Source: Myxococcota bacterium | GTDB taxonomy: Bacteria; Myxococcota_A; UBA9160; UBA6930 | Assembly: GCA_965223415.1 (NCBI GenBank) | Contig: OZ245002.1 | Span: 1,280,001 to 1,344,000, forward strand | DNA: 64,000 nucleotides | Reading direction: 5' to 3' | In this document: positions 37,196 to 45,358 of the stretch, one piece after another | How positions within the stretch are numbered: position 1 is the stretch's first letter | How the letters are laid out: each line of letters opens with the position of its first letter | Position numbers and translations under genes: made by a program | Notes under the pieces: model-generated | Seen by the model: only the letters and a program-made list of their open reading frames with translations | Databases searched by the model: none | Told to the model about the DNA's origin: nothing

Positions 37196-38818
37196 ATGAG
37201 CTATCGAGGCACCGGAAGAGGCGGCCCCGTGCTGCGCACGGCCGAGGTTCTGAGCGTCCTTGGCGACGCGGGCTTCCTGAGCCCGCGGTACCTGGGGACC
37301 CTGCTTCCCACCATCCGGAGGTTCGGCTCCACCGCGGCCTCGGGCTTCATGGCCGCGGCCCAGCGCGATCCGGACGGGCTCGCGCTGATCGACGAAGCGG
37401 GCACGATGACCTTCCGGGAGCTGGACCAAGGGACGAACGCCATCTCGAGGGCGCTGCGAGAGGCGGGGGTCGGCCCCGGCGACGGGGTCGGGCTCTTCGC
37501 GCGAAACCACCGCGGCTTCGTGCAGGCCCAGATCGCGCTGGACAAGCTCGGTGCGAACACCCTACTGCTCAACACCGGCTTCGCCCCGCCCCAGCTGAAG
37601 GAGGTGTGCGCGCGGGAAGGCACGCGAGTGCTGCTCTACGACGAGGAGTTCCGCGAGATCGTCGAGGGCGGAGCCGCCGACCACGTGCGCTTCCTCACCT
37701 GGGCGGATTCCGACGCTCCTCCCGAGACGACCTTGGCCCAGCTCGCGGCGGCCCACGACACGGGACCGATCGATCCGCCCTCGAGCCCCGGCCGCACCAC
37801 GATCCTGACGTCGGGAACCACCGGGACGCCCAAGGGCGCCCAACGCACCATGAAGAGCCAGGGCATCGACAGCCTGGTCGGCCTCTTCGGCCGCATGCCG
37901 CTGCGCCGGGGCACCCGGAACCTGATCGTCGCCCCCACCTTCCATTCCTGGGGCGGCATGCACCTCCTCCTGGCCGCGACCCTCGGCTGCACGGCGGTGC
38001 TGCGCCGCCGCTTCGATCCGGAGGACACCCTCGCGGCGATCCAGGAGCATCGGCCCCAGATTCTGGCGGTCGTTCCGGTGATGATGCAGCGCATCCTCGC
38101 GCTCGGGGAAGACGTGATCGGCCGGTACGACACCTCCTCCCTCGAGGCGGTCTGCGCGAGTGGCTCCGCCCTCCCGGGCGAGCTGGCCCTGCGCTGGATG
38201 AACACCTTCGGCGACAACGTCTACAACCTCTATGGCTCGACGGAGGTCGCCCAGGCCTCCATCGCCATGCCCGACGAGCTGCGCTCCGCGCCGGGCACGG
38301 CCGGGCGCCCGCCCCGCGGCGTGACCGTGCGCATCCTCGACGGCGCCGGCAGCGAGGTTCCCCAGGGCGTCACCGGCCGCATCTTCGTCGCGAACGACAA
38401 CCAGTTCGAGGGCTACACGGGCGGGGGCAACAAGGAGATCATCGACGGACTGATGTCGAGTGGCGACGTGGGCCACTTCGACGAGAAGGGGCTCCTCTTC
38501 GTCGACGGCCGCGATGACGACATGATCATCTCCGGCGGCGAGAACGTCTTTCCCCGCGAGGTGGAGGACCTCCTCGCCGACCATGACGACGTGATCGAGG
38601 CCGCCGTCATCGGCGTGCCGGACGAGGAGTTCGGCCAGAGGCTGAAGGGCTTCATCGTCCTGCGGGACGGCGCCGAAGCGGACGAAGGCGCTCTGAAGGA
38701 CTACGTCAAGCGCCACCTGGCGCGCTACAAGGTGCCGCGCGACATCGTCTTCCTCGACGCCCTGCCGCGGAACCCGACGGGCAAGATCCTGAAGCGGGTG
38801 CTCGCCGAGGAGAGCTAG
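37196..38818 (+). CDS. Acyl-CoA synthetase (FadD2/FadD12-like)
   Basis: TSGTTGTPKG, YGSTE, SGDVG, GRDDDMIISGGENV, PRNPTGK. Confidence 0.92.
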   Translation: MSYRGTGRGGPVLRTAEVLSVLGDAGFLSPRYLGTLLPTIRRFGSTAASGFMAAAQRDPDGLALIDEAGTMTFRELDQGTNAISRALREAGVGPGDGVGLFARNHRGFVQAQIALDKLGANTLLLNTGFAPPQLKEVCAREGTRVLLYDEEFREIVEGGAADHVRFLTWADSDAPPETTLAQLAAAHDTGPIDPPSSPGRTTILTSGTTGTPKGAQRTMKSQGIDSLVGLFGRMPLRRGTRNLIVAPTFHSWGGMHLLLAATLGCTAVLRRRFDPEDTLAAIQEHRPQILAVVPVMMQRILALGEDVIGRYDTSSLEAVCASGSALPGELALRWMNTFGDNVYNLYGSTEVAQASIAMPDELRSAPGTAGRPPRGVTVRILDGAGSEVPQGVTGRIFVANDNQFEGYTGGGNKEIIDGLMSSGDVGHFDEKGLLFVDGRDDDMIISGGENVFPREVEDLLADHDDVIEAAVIGVPDEEFGQRLKGFIVLRDGAEADEGALKDYVKRHLARYKVPRDIVFLDALPRNPTGKILKRVLAEES

Positions 38819-38988
38819 GCGACGAGCCACCGTGCCGCGCGTCGAGACCCGGCCCCGAAACGGACCTCCGCCGAGCTGCTGCGCTTCCTGCGCCGGGCAG
38901 GCGGCCGGCTGGGGCATCGTTCCCCACCGTCAACCGCAGGTGCGCTTCGGCCGATAGACCGCTAGAGAATGGGACCGCAGGAGGACGC

Positions 38989-39891
38989 ATGGCCGAAGCA
39001 AAGACGACCCCCCAGCTGCGCGACGTGACCGAGAGCGGGAGTGAGTTCGCCCTCAGCGAGGACGAGCTCCGAACCGTCACCGGAGGCCGGGCCTTCCTCG
39101 ACCTCCTGGACCAGAAGCGCTTCTCCACGAAAAAGCTGCAGTCGACGTTGAACTACGAGCGGGAGCTCCGCAAGCTCCAGATCGAGATGGTCCAGCTCCA
39201 GCGGACCGTCCAGCTCACCGGCCGCCGTGTCGCGCTCATCTTCGAGGGGCGCGACGCTGCGGGCAAGGGCGGAACCATCCGGCGCTTCGTCGAGCACCTG
39301 AACCCGCGGACCGCGCGGGTCGTGGCGCTCCCGAAGCCCACGGAGGTGGAGCAGGGACAATGGTACTTCCAGCGCTACGTCTCCGCGCTGCCCAACCCCG
39401 GTGAGATCTGCTTCTTCGACCGCTCCTGGTACAACCGCGCCGTCGTCGAGCCGGTGATGAACTTCTGCTCCGAGGAGCAGTACAAGCAGTTCATGCAGCA
39501 AGTCCCGGAGTTCGAGCACATGCTCTACGAGGACGGTGTCGAGCTGATCAAGTTCTGGTTCTCGATCTCGAAGCGCGAGCAGAAGGAACGCTTCGATTCG
39601 CGCCGCGGCGACCCCCTGAAGCAGTGGAAGATCAGCCCGGTGGACGAGCGCGCCCAGGAGCACTGGGACCTGTACACGAAGTACAAGGAAGCCATGTTCA
39701 GCCGGACCCACACGACCTACAGCCCGTGGATCATCGTGCGCGCGAACTCGAAGAAGAAGGCTCGCCTGGAGAGCATGCGCTACGTGCTGAACAACGTCGA
39801 CTACGACCATCGGGACAAGGCCGGAACCTCCCTCCACCCCGATCCGGACATCGTGAAGCGGTTCCACCGAGCGACGTCTCAGATCGACTAG
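38989..39891 (+). CDS. ppk2: Polyphosphate kinase 2
   Basis: FEGRDAAGKGG Walker A, QWYFQRY, FDRSWYNR, KQWKISPVD. Confidence 0.95.
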   Translation: MAEAKTTPQLRDVTESGSEFALSEDELRTVTGGRAFLDLLDQKRFSTKKLQSTLNYERELRKLQIEMVQLQRTVQLTGRRVALIFEGRDAAGKGGTIRRFVEHLNPRTARVVALPKPTEVEQGQWYFQRYVSALPNPGEICFFDRSWYNRAVVEPVMNFCSEEQYKQFMQQVPEFEHMLYEDGVELIKFWFSISKREQKERFDSRRGDPLKQWKISPVDERAQEHWDLYTKYKEAMFSRTHTTYSPWIIVRANSKKKARLESMRYVLNNVDYDHRDKAGTSLHPDPDIVKRFHRATSQID

Positions 39892-39915
39892 CGGGCTGCC
39901 ACCGGGTGGGCCGGC

Positions 39916-41151
39916 TCATCGCCGGGGCCGCGTCCCCCGCCGCCTCCTCCGCGCCGCCAGCTCGAGCCGCAAGCTCTTCGCGATGAACCGGGGCAGCCCG
40001 AGGGGGTTCCGGCGGAGCTTGCGGAGGATCAACCGGCGCATGTGGGGCATCGCGTCGTAGCTTCCCTCGCGCTGGCCGTGGCCGATGTGCATGGCGAGGG
40101 CGGGCACGTCGACGACGTCCATGGGAAGCTCCAGGTGGAGCGTCTCGGTCTTCGGCAGCAGACAGGTCTGTTCGTCGCAGGCCTGGTAGCGGACGTTCAC
40201 CTCGAGGCGCGCGGTCTCCGCGTCGAGGGGACGGAGCTCGCTGGCGAGCTCACCGGTCGGGTAGAAGGGCACGGCAATGTCCACGGTGCCGCTCCAGACT
40301 TGGAGCTCCAGGTCCATGCTCGCAAGGCACAGGGGCTCGGTGGGCGGAAGGATCGGGTCGAGCACCGTCAGGCCCGGGGGTCCCTCGACCTGCACCGTCG
40401 TCGGCACCATGCCCTCGGGCACGGGCTCGCCGTAGAGGTGGAGCCCCGGGCCCAGCTCGAAGCGGACGACGAGCTTGCGCATGATGCCCTGGCGGATGCT
40501 GCCGTCCCCGCCGTGGACCGCTGCGGTGACGTGGATCTGGTCGTCGCCAGCTTCCGCTCGGGGCGCCGCATCGGACAGCTCGATCCGGCCCAGGGCGGCG
40601 TCGATCAGCGTCTCCGGGCTGTCCCGCTTCTTGTAGGTGTCGTGGAAGAACTTCGCGACGACGATGCCGTCCTCGTCGGTGACGAAGACGCCGGGGAAGG
40701 CCACGCCGTACAAGAAGGCGTCGTCCTCGCCGACGGAGGTGTTCAGCACGCCGTAGCGCCGGATCACCTCCGACTCGACGTCCGATAGCAGCGGGAAGGA
40801 GACGTCCCGCTTCAGGGCAAACTCCCGCAGTGCGGGCTGGTCGTCGTAGGAGATGGCGTAGAGCTTGATGCCGGCCGCCTCGAACTTCTCGCGGGCGTCG
40901 CGCAGCTCGCCGAGCTGCGTCCAGCAGGGGGGTCACCAGACGGCGGAGCGGTAGAAGACCAGGGCGGCCTTCGAGCGGCCGCGGTCGGCGTGGAAGTCGA
41001 TCTCGCGACCGAAGGCGTCGGGAAGGCTGAAGTCCGGCAGCCGTTCGCCCACCTCGGGGCCCGTGACGTGGCCCTCGGGCAGACCGCTTCGGGCGGGGTG
41101 GCCCAGCGGTGCCGGTGCGTCGAAGCCGTGCTCGTCGCGCTCGACCGTCAT
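39916..41151 (-). CDS. Predicted selenoprotein (Sec73, UxxC): AhpC/TSA thioredoxin-fold domain fused to a DsbD N-terminal-like domain, 411 aa
   Basis: An in-frame TGA at 40935-40933 joins two ORF-track pieces. The read-through is GPEVGERLPDFSLPD...LVFYRSAVW-U-PPCWTQLGEL...GIKLYAISYD...FPLLSD...PGVFVTDEDG, then YQACDEQTCLLP. A SECIS-like hairpin follows the UGA. Confidence 0.88.
40901..40919 (-). promoter_or_regulatory. Candidate bacterial SECIS element
   Basis: On the mRNA: UGA, 13 nt, then CGCAGCUC-GGC-GAGCUGCG. This is a perfect 8-bp stem whose G-starting apical loop follows the UGA after a 21-nt spacer. Confidence 0.7.
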
Positions 41152-41924
41152 ACAGGAGATCTCTCGTGTCGGCGGGTGATCAGCTTGCGAGGGTGGCGAC
41201 CGTCCACGTAGCCGACGAAAGTGCCCGCGACGAGCTCGTAGCCCACCAGGGCCTGGATGCGCTCCGAGTAGCGGGCCGCGACGTCCGGCGGCACGGCCAG
41301 GAACTGGTTCTCGAGCTGGCGCAGCCACGGCTGGCAGTACTGGACCGTCAGCCCCAGGCGCTTGCCGCTCGAGCGGTTCGCGCCCGAGCGGTGATACAGC
41401 GTGCCCGGGAAGACCGCGACGCTCCCGGACGCCATCAACAGGGGGACGCCCATGCGTTCCATCTCCGCCTGGGGCGGGGCCGGCGTCTCCCAGAGATGAC
41501 TCCCGGGAATGACGTCCGTTGCGCCGTTCTCGGCGGTGAAGTCATCGAGGGCCCAGATGGTCGAAACCCCCTGCACCGGACGGGGCGGCGGGGGCGCGCC
41601 GAGCGCGTCGTCCTGGTGGAAGCCCTGGGGCGTCTCGCCTGGGTGCAGGTTCACCACCAGGGCCGCCGAGAGCAGGAAGCTCTCGCGGAGGAAGCGGCCG
41701 ACGAGCTCGAGGACGGCCGCGTGCTCGACCAGCGGCGCGACCGCGGGCACCTTGGCCAACAAACTGTAGACGCGCTCGGTCCTGAAACCCTCGAAGTCGT
41801 TGCGCCCCATCAGCTCGGACCGGAGGTACGGCCCGAGCTGCTCGCGGAGCGCCGCGACCTGGGAGGGGTCGATGGCGGAGGGGAGGACGACGTAGCCGTC
41901 GGTTTCGAGACTCGGAGAGGCCAC
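41148..41924 (-). CDS. Phytanoyl-CoA dioxygenase (PhyH) family protein
   Basis: DGYVVL, QGFHQDD (HxD), WALDDFTAENGATDVIPGSH, LYHRSGAN, WLRQLEN; ATGA overlap with the selenoprotein. Confidence 0.9.
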   Translation of the reverse strand: MASPSLETDGYVVLPSAIDPSQVAALREQLGPYLRSELMGRNDFEGFRTERVYSLLAKVPAVAPLVEHAAVLELVGRFLRESFLLSAALVVNLHPGETPQGFHQDDALGAPPPPRPVQGVSTIWALDDFTAENGATDVIPGSHLWETPAPPQAEMERMGVPLLMASGSVAVFPGTLYHRSGANRSSGKRLGLTVQYCQPWLRQLENQFLAVPPDVAARYSERIQALVGYELVAGTFVGYVDGRHPRKLITRRHERSPV

Positions 41925-41928
41925 ACCT

Positions 41929-41940
41929 CTACGGTATCCT
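41929..41940. promoter_or_regulatory. Bidirectional promoter: overlapping -10 boxes driving two leaderless genes
   Basis: CTACGGTATCCT contains TATCCT (+) 6 nt before ATG 41947 and TACCGT (-) 6 nt before GTG 41924. Confidence 0.6.
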
Positions 41941-41946
41941 GCCGCC

Positions 41947-42654
41947 ATGGCCGACGCCCCCACCCTCTACACCGCGCGAGCCTGCAACTTCTGCCACCGC
42001 AGCCGGATCGCCTTCGCCGCCAAGGGTGTCGAGCCGGAGCTCGTCGAGATCGATCTCGTGAAGCGCCCCTCCTGGTTCCGCGACAAGGCCTCGGGCGGCA
42101 GCGTGCCGCTGCTCGAGTGCAAGGACGGCGCCTTCCACGGCTCGGCCATCATCAACGAGTACGTCGAGGAGCGCTGGCCCGAGCCGACGCTGCTGCCGGG
42201 CTCGCCGGCGGAGCGCGCCGAGGCGCGCATGTGGATCCACTGGTGGAACCGCGCGCCGACGCCCCGCTACGAAGAGCTGCTGATGAACGTGCGGCCGAAG
42301 CGGGAAGACGAGCTGCGCGAGCGGCTGCTCTCGGCTCTCGTGGAGTGCGAGGAACGGCTGGTGGCGCGGGGCTACGGCGGCGGCTACTGGCATGGTGCGT
42401 CGCTGGGCCTGGTCGACGCCAGCGCCGCGCCGGTCTTCGATCGCTTCGTCGGGCTGCGGCACTTCCACGACGTTGACGTTCCGGAGGAGCTGGGCCGCGT
42501 GCGCGCCTGGCGGGACCACCTGCTCGCGGACGAAGTCGTGCAGCGGTGCTCGCCGGGAGAGGACGCACTGCTCGAGGTCTTCTCGGGCTACCGGGACGTC
42601 CTGGCCAAGGCGGCGGAGGCGGGCATCGAGGTCCCGGTGTCGGGCGGTGACTGA
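41947..42654 (+). CDS. Glutathione S-transferase family protein with CxxC (omega/SspA-like)
   Basis: ACNFCHRSRIA, GSVPLL, SAIINEYVEE, LVDA N-capping box. Confidence 0.85.
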   Translation: MADAPTLYTARACNFCHRSRIAFAAKGVEPELVEIDLVKRPSWFRDKASGGSVPLLECKDGAFHGSAIINEYVEERWPEPTLLPGSPAERAEARMWIHWWNRAPTPRYEELLMNVRPKREDELRERLLSALVECEERLVARGYGGGYWHGASLGLVDASAAPVFDRFVGLRHFHDVDVPEELGRVRAWRDHLLADEVVQRCSPGEDALLEVFSGYRDVLAKAAEAGIEVPVSGGD

Positions 42655-43468
42655 TCTCCAGGGCCGCGTCGCGGTCGTCACGGGAGGGGCGCGGGGCATC
42701 GGCCGCGGCATCGCCGGCGAGCTTGCGCGAGCGGGCGCCGACGTGGCGATCGGCGATCTGCTCGGCGATCCGGCCGTCGCCGCCGACGCCGAGGAGACCC
42801 TCGCGGCGGTCCGCGCCGCGGGCCGCCGGGCCCTCGCCGTCGCCTGCGACGTGACCGATCCGGGTGGGCCCGAGCGCCTGATGAAGGAGGCGCTCGCGGA
42901 GCTGGGCGGCCTCGACATCGTCGTGTGCAACGCCGGCGTCCTCGGCGAGGGTGCGGTCCTCGACATGGAGCCGGAGGAGTGGCGCCGCGTCCTCGAGGTG
43001 AACGCCACCGGCACCTTCCTCACCTGCCGGGCGGCCCTGCCCCACCTGATAGAGCGGGGCGGCGGCGCGATCGTCAACATCGCATCGATCGTCGGCCTGC
43101 GGGGAGTCGCCAACCGCGCCCACTACAGCGCCAGCAAGTTCGCCGTGGTCGGCCTCACCCAGGCGCTCGCCGCCGAGGTGGCGGACGCGGGCGTGCGCGT
43201 GAACGCGGTCTGCCCCGCCGGCGTACGCAGCCACATGACCCTCTCCGAGGTGGGCCGCGCCACCGGCATCGACGATCCAGCGCAGCTCGACGCGATCTGG
43301 ACGAACGTCGCTGCCCAGCGCCTGCCCTTCGGCCGCTCCGTCGAGCCCGAGGACATCGGCCGCGCCGTCGCCTACCTGGCGGGCGCCGAGATGGTCTCCG
43401 GCGCCATCCTCCCCGTCGCGGGCGGCGAGGACCTGCGACGGCCGAGCGAGGCCTCCCAGAAGGGCTAG
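42647..43468 (+). CDS. SDR oxidoreductase
   Basis: TGGARGIG, CNAG, HYSASK, RVNAVCP; overlaps the GST end. Confidence 0.9.
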   Translation: MTDLQGRVAVVTGGARGIGRGIAGELARAGADVAIGDLLGDPAVAADAEETLAAVRAAGRRALAVACDVTDPGGPERLMKEALAELGGLDIVVCNAGVLGEGAVLDMEPEEWRRVLEVNATGTFLTCRAALPHLIERGGGAIVNIASIVGLRGVANRAHYSASKFAVVGLTQALAAEVADAGVRVNAVCPAGVRSHMTLSEVGRATGIDDPAQLDAIWTNVAAQRLPFGRSVEPEDIGRAVAYLAGAEMVSGAILPVAGGEDLRRPSEASQKG

Positions 43469-44379
43469 TCGAGCCCGCCGTCGAAGTCCTTGCCATTCAT
43501 GCCGGCGTTCTTGCGCGCCTGCTTGACCATGTCGCGGACGACCGGGCCCAGGGTCGTGGGATCCTCGATGGGCGCCACGGTAGGGCCGCGGTGCCAGCCC
43601 TCGGCGATGGCGAGCACGCTGCCGGACGCCTCGAAGACACGACCGGTGACGTCGCGGGATTCCGCGCTGGCCAGCCAGGTGACGATCGGAGCGATCCAGC
43701 GCGGGCTCTGGGCCTCGCGCATCTCGTCGGTGATCTCGCCGGGCTGGAGATCCTCGGTTAGGCGAGTTAGCGCTCCGGGCGCGATGCAGTTCACGGTGAT
43801 GCCGTACCGCTGGAGCTCCCGCGCGGCGATGATCGTGAAGGCCGCGATGCCCGCCTTGGCGGCGCCGTAGTTCGTCTGCCCCGGATTGCCGTAGATGCCG
43901 GACACGGAGCTCGTGTTGATCAGGCGGGCGTCGACGGGCTGGCCGGCCTTGCTCTGCTCGCGCCAGTAGGCGGCGGCGTGGTGGGCCGGCGCGAAGGTGC
44001 CCTTCAGGTGCACCTGGATCACCGCGTCCCACTCGCTCTCCTGCATGTTCACGAGCATGCGATCCCGCAGGATGCCGGCGTTGTTGATCAGCGCGTCGAG
44101 ACGGCCGAAGGCATCGACGGCCTGTTGGATCATCTCCTTGGCCTGCCCGAAGTCGCTGACGTCCGAGCCGTTGGCCACGGCCTCGCCGCCCTTCGCCTTG
44201 ATCTCCTGCACCACCTCCTCGGCGGGGCCGAGATTCGAGCCGGTTCCGTCGCGGGAGCCGCCGAGATCGTTCACCACCACCTTGGCCCCGTGCTCCGCCA
44301 GCATCAGGGCGTACTCGCGGCCGATGCCGCGACCGGCGCCGGTCACGATGGCGACGCGGTCTTCGCAGAACGAGCTCAT
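43465..44379 (-). CDS. SDR oxidoreductase (MFE-2/3-hydroxyacyl-CoA dehydrogenase-like)
   Basis: TGAGRGIG, VVVNDLG, NNAGILRD, GQTNYGAAKAG. Confidence 0.92.
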   Translation of the reverse strand: MSSFCEDRVAIVTGAGRGIGREYALMLAEHGAKVVVNDLGGSRDGTGSNLGPAEEVVQEIKAKGGEAVANGSDVSDFGQAKEMIQQAVDAFGRLDALINNAGILRDRMLVNMQESEWDAVIQVHLKGTFAPAHHAAAYWREQSKAGQPVDARLINTSSVSGIYGNPGQTNYGAAKAGIAAFTIIAARELQRYGITVNCIAPGALTRLTEDLQPGEITDEMREAQSPRWIAPIVTWLASAESRDVTGRVFEASGSVLAIAEGWHRGPTVAPIEDPTTLGPVVRDMVKQARKNAGMNGKDFDGGLD

Positions 44380-45032
44380 GATCCTACCTCCATTCGAGGG
44401 CGCCACGTTAGCGCGCCTCGCCACACCAGGCCGTGGGACACGACCGCCAGCGCCGCACCGGGCACCAGATCCCACGCCCAGTGCTGCTTGGTCGCCAGGG
44501 TCGCGTAGAGAATCGCCGCACCCCACGCGAGGAGAACGCTTGCGAGGAGCGAGCGGCGCCCCGCCGGGAGACCGTCGCCGAGCACCCGCCAGCCGAACAG
44601 CAGACCGTAGACCGCCAGTGCGGCGTGGAGGGACGGAAAGGCGTTGGTCGAGCCGTCGATGCCGACGAGCCACGCGTAGGTGGCGTCTGCCGCCGGGGCG
44701 ACGGGCCTCGGCCCCGCGACGGGCAGCGCGGCGAAGGTGAGAAAGCTGGGCACACAGACCAGCACCAGCCCGCGCGCGAAGCCGAGCAGCTCCTCCCGGC
44801 GCGTGGCCAGCAGCGGGAACAGGGGGACGAGCAGGCAGACCGAGAGGTAGGGGTAGACCCAGCCGGACTGGAACTCGATCGCCCGGTCGAGCGCCGTCAC
44901 CGGGGGCGCCCAGAGCGGGGTGGGCTCGAGGGCGTGCAGCCCGAAGTACGGAATGCAAATACCGACGGCGAGCCCCAGGAGGACGGCGATCTTCAGACGC
45001 AGCTCGGCTTGCAGTCGGTGGGCCAGGGACAC
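44376..45032 (-). CDS. PAP2-superfamily membrane phosphatase/phosphotransferase
   Basis: Multiple TM helices; NAFPSLH and KQHWAWD motifs. Confidence 0.8.
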   Translation of the reverse strand: MSLAHRLQAELRLKIAVLLGLAVGICIPYFGLHALEPTPLWAPPVTALDRAIEFQSGWVYPYLSVCLLVPLFPLLATRREELLGFARGLVLVCVPSFLTFAALPVAGPRPVAPAADATYAWLVGIDGSTNAFPSLHAALAVYGLLFGWRVLGDGLPAGRRSLLASVLLAWGAAILYATLATKQHWAWDLVPGAALAVVSHGLVWRGALTWRPRMEVGS

Positions 45033-45078
45033 GGCAGCAGTCTATCGCGACCCCCGCGCCGGGTCGGGCAGGTACCCA

Positions 45079-45230
45079 ATGGGCGACCTCCACGCCCGCT
45101 CCGGATCGTCCTGGGAACGGAGGCGTCCTCGCAGCTGCGCGCCGAATGCAACGACAACGGCTCCGGCTGCGAGGCTCTCGCGATCCCCCACAACTCCAAC
45201 GACTCGAGCGGCATGGCGTTCTCGGTGGCC
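45079..45230 (+). pseudogene. Fragment of a DUF3604 (PHP-like) gene
   Basis: GDLH followed, in another frame, by ECNDNGSGCEALAIPHNSNDSSGMAF, which matches the DUF3604 'LAIPHNxNxSxGxMF' signature as I recall it. Confidence 0.5.
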
Positions 45231-45358
45231 GCGGCGGGCGGCGACGTGGCCGAGGCGGTGCGGCTCCGGGCCGCGCTCGAGCTCCTGGTCGACTGGCTGA
45301 GCAGGGCCGCCATCAGGACGACGAGGAGCCCGAGGATCCACCCCGCCCGGCGCATCCC

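Noticed and set aside
35650..38517. Very long alternative-frame ORFs (this 955-aa one and many others rich in R/G/P/A)
   Set aside because: These are shadow ORFs expected in very GC-rich DNA; they overlap well-supported genes and lack motifs.
38820..38960. Possible coding remnant upstream of ppk2
   Set aside because: Too short, with no recognisable motif.
39916..41328. Two separate genes (131 aa and 283 aa) or a nonsense pseudogene
   Set aside because: Same frame, continuous AhpC/TSA homology, a stop exactly at the catalytic Cys position and a SECIS-like hairpin all favour Sec recoding.
42647..43468. Mycofactocin-dependent SDR
   Set aside because: Some resemblance, but the diagnostic insertion is not clear and there are no mft genes in the window.
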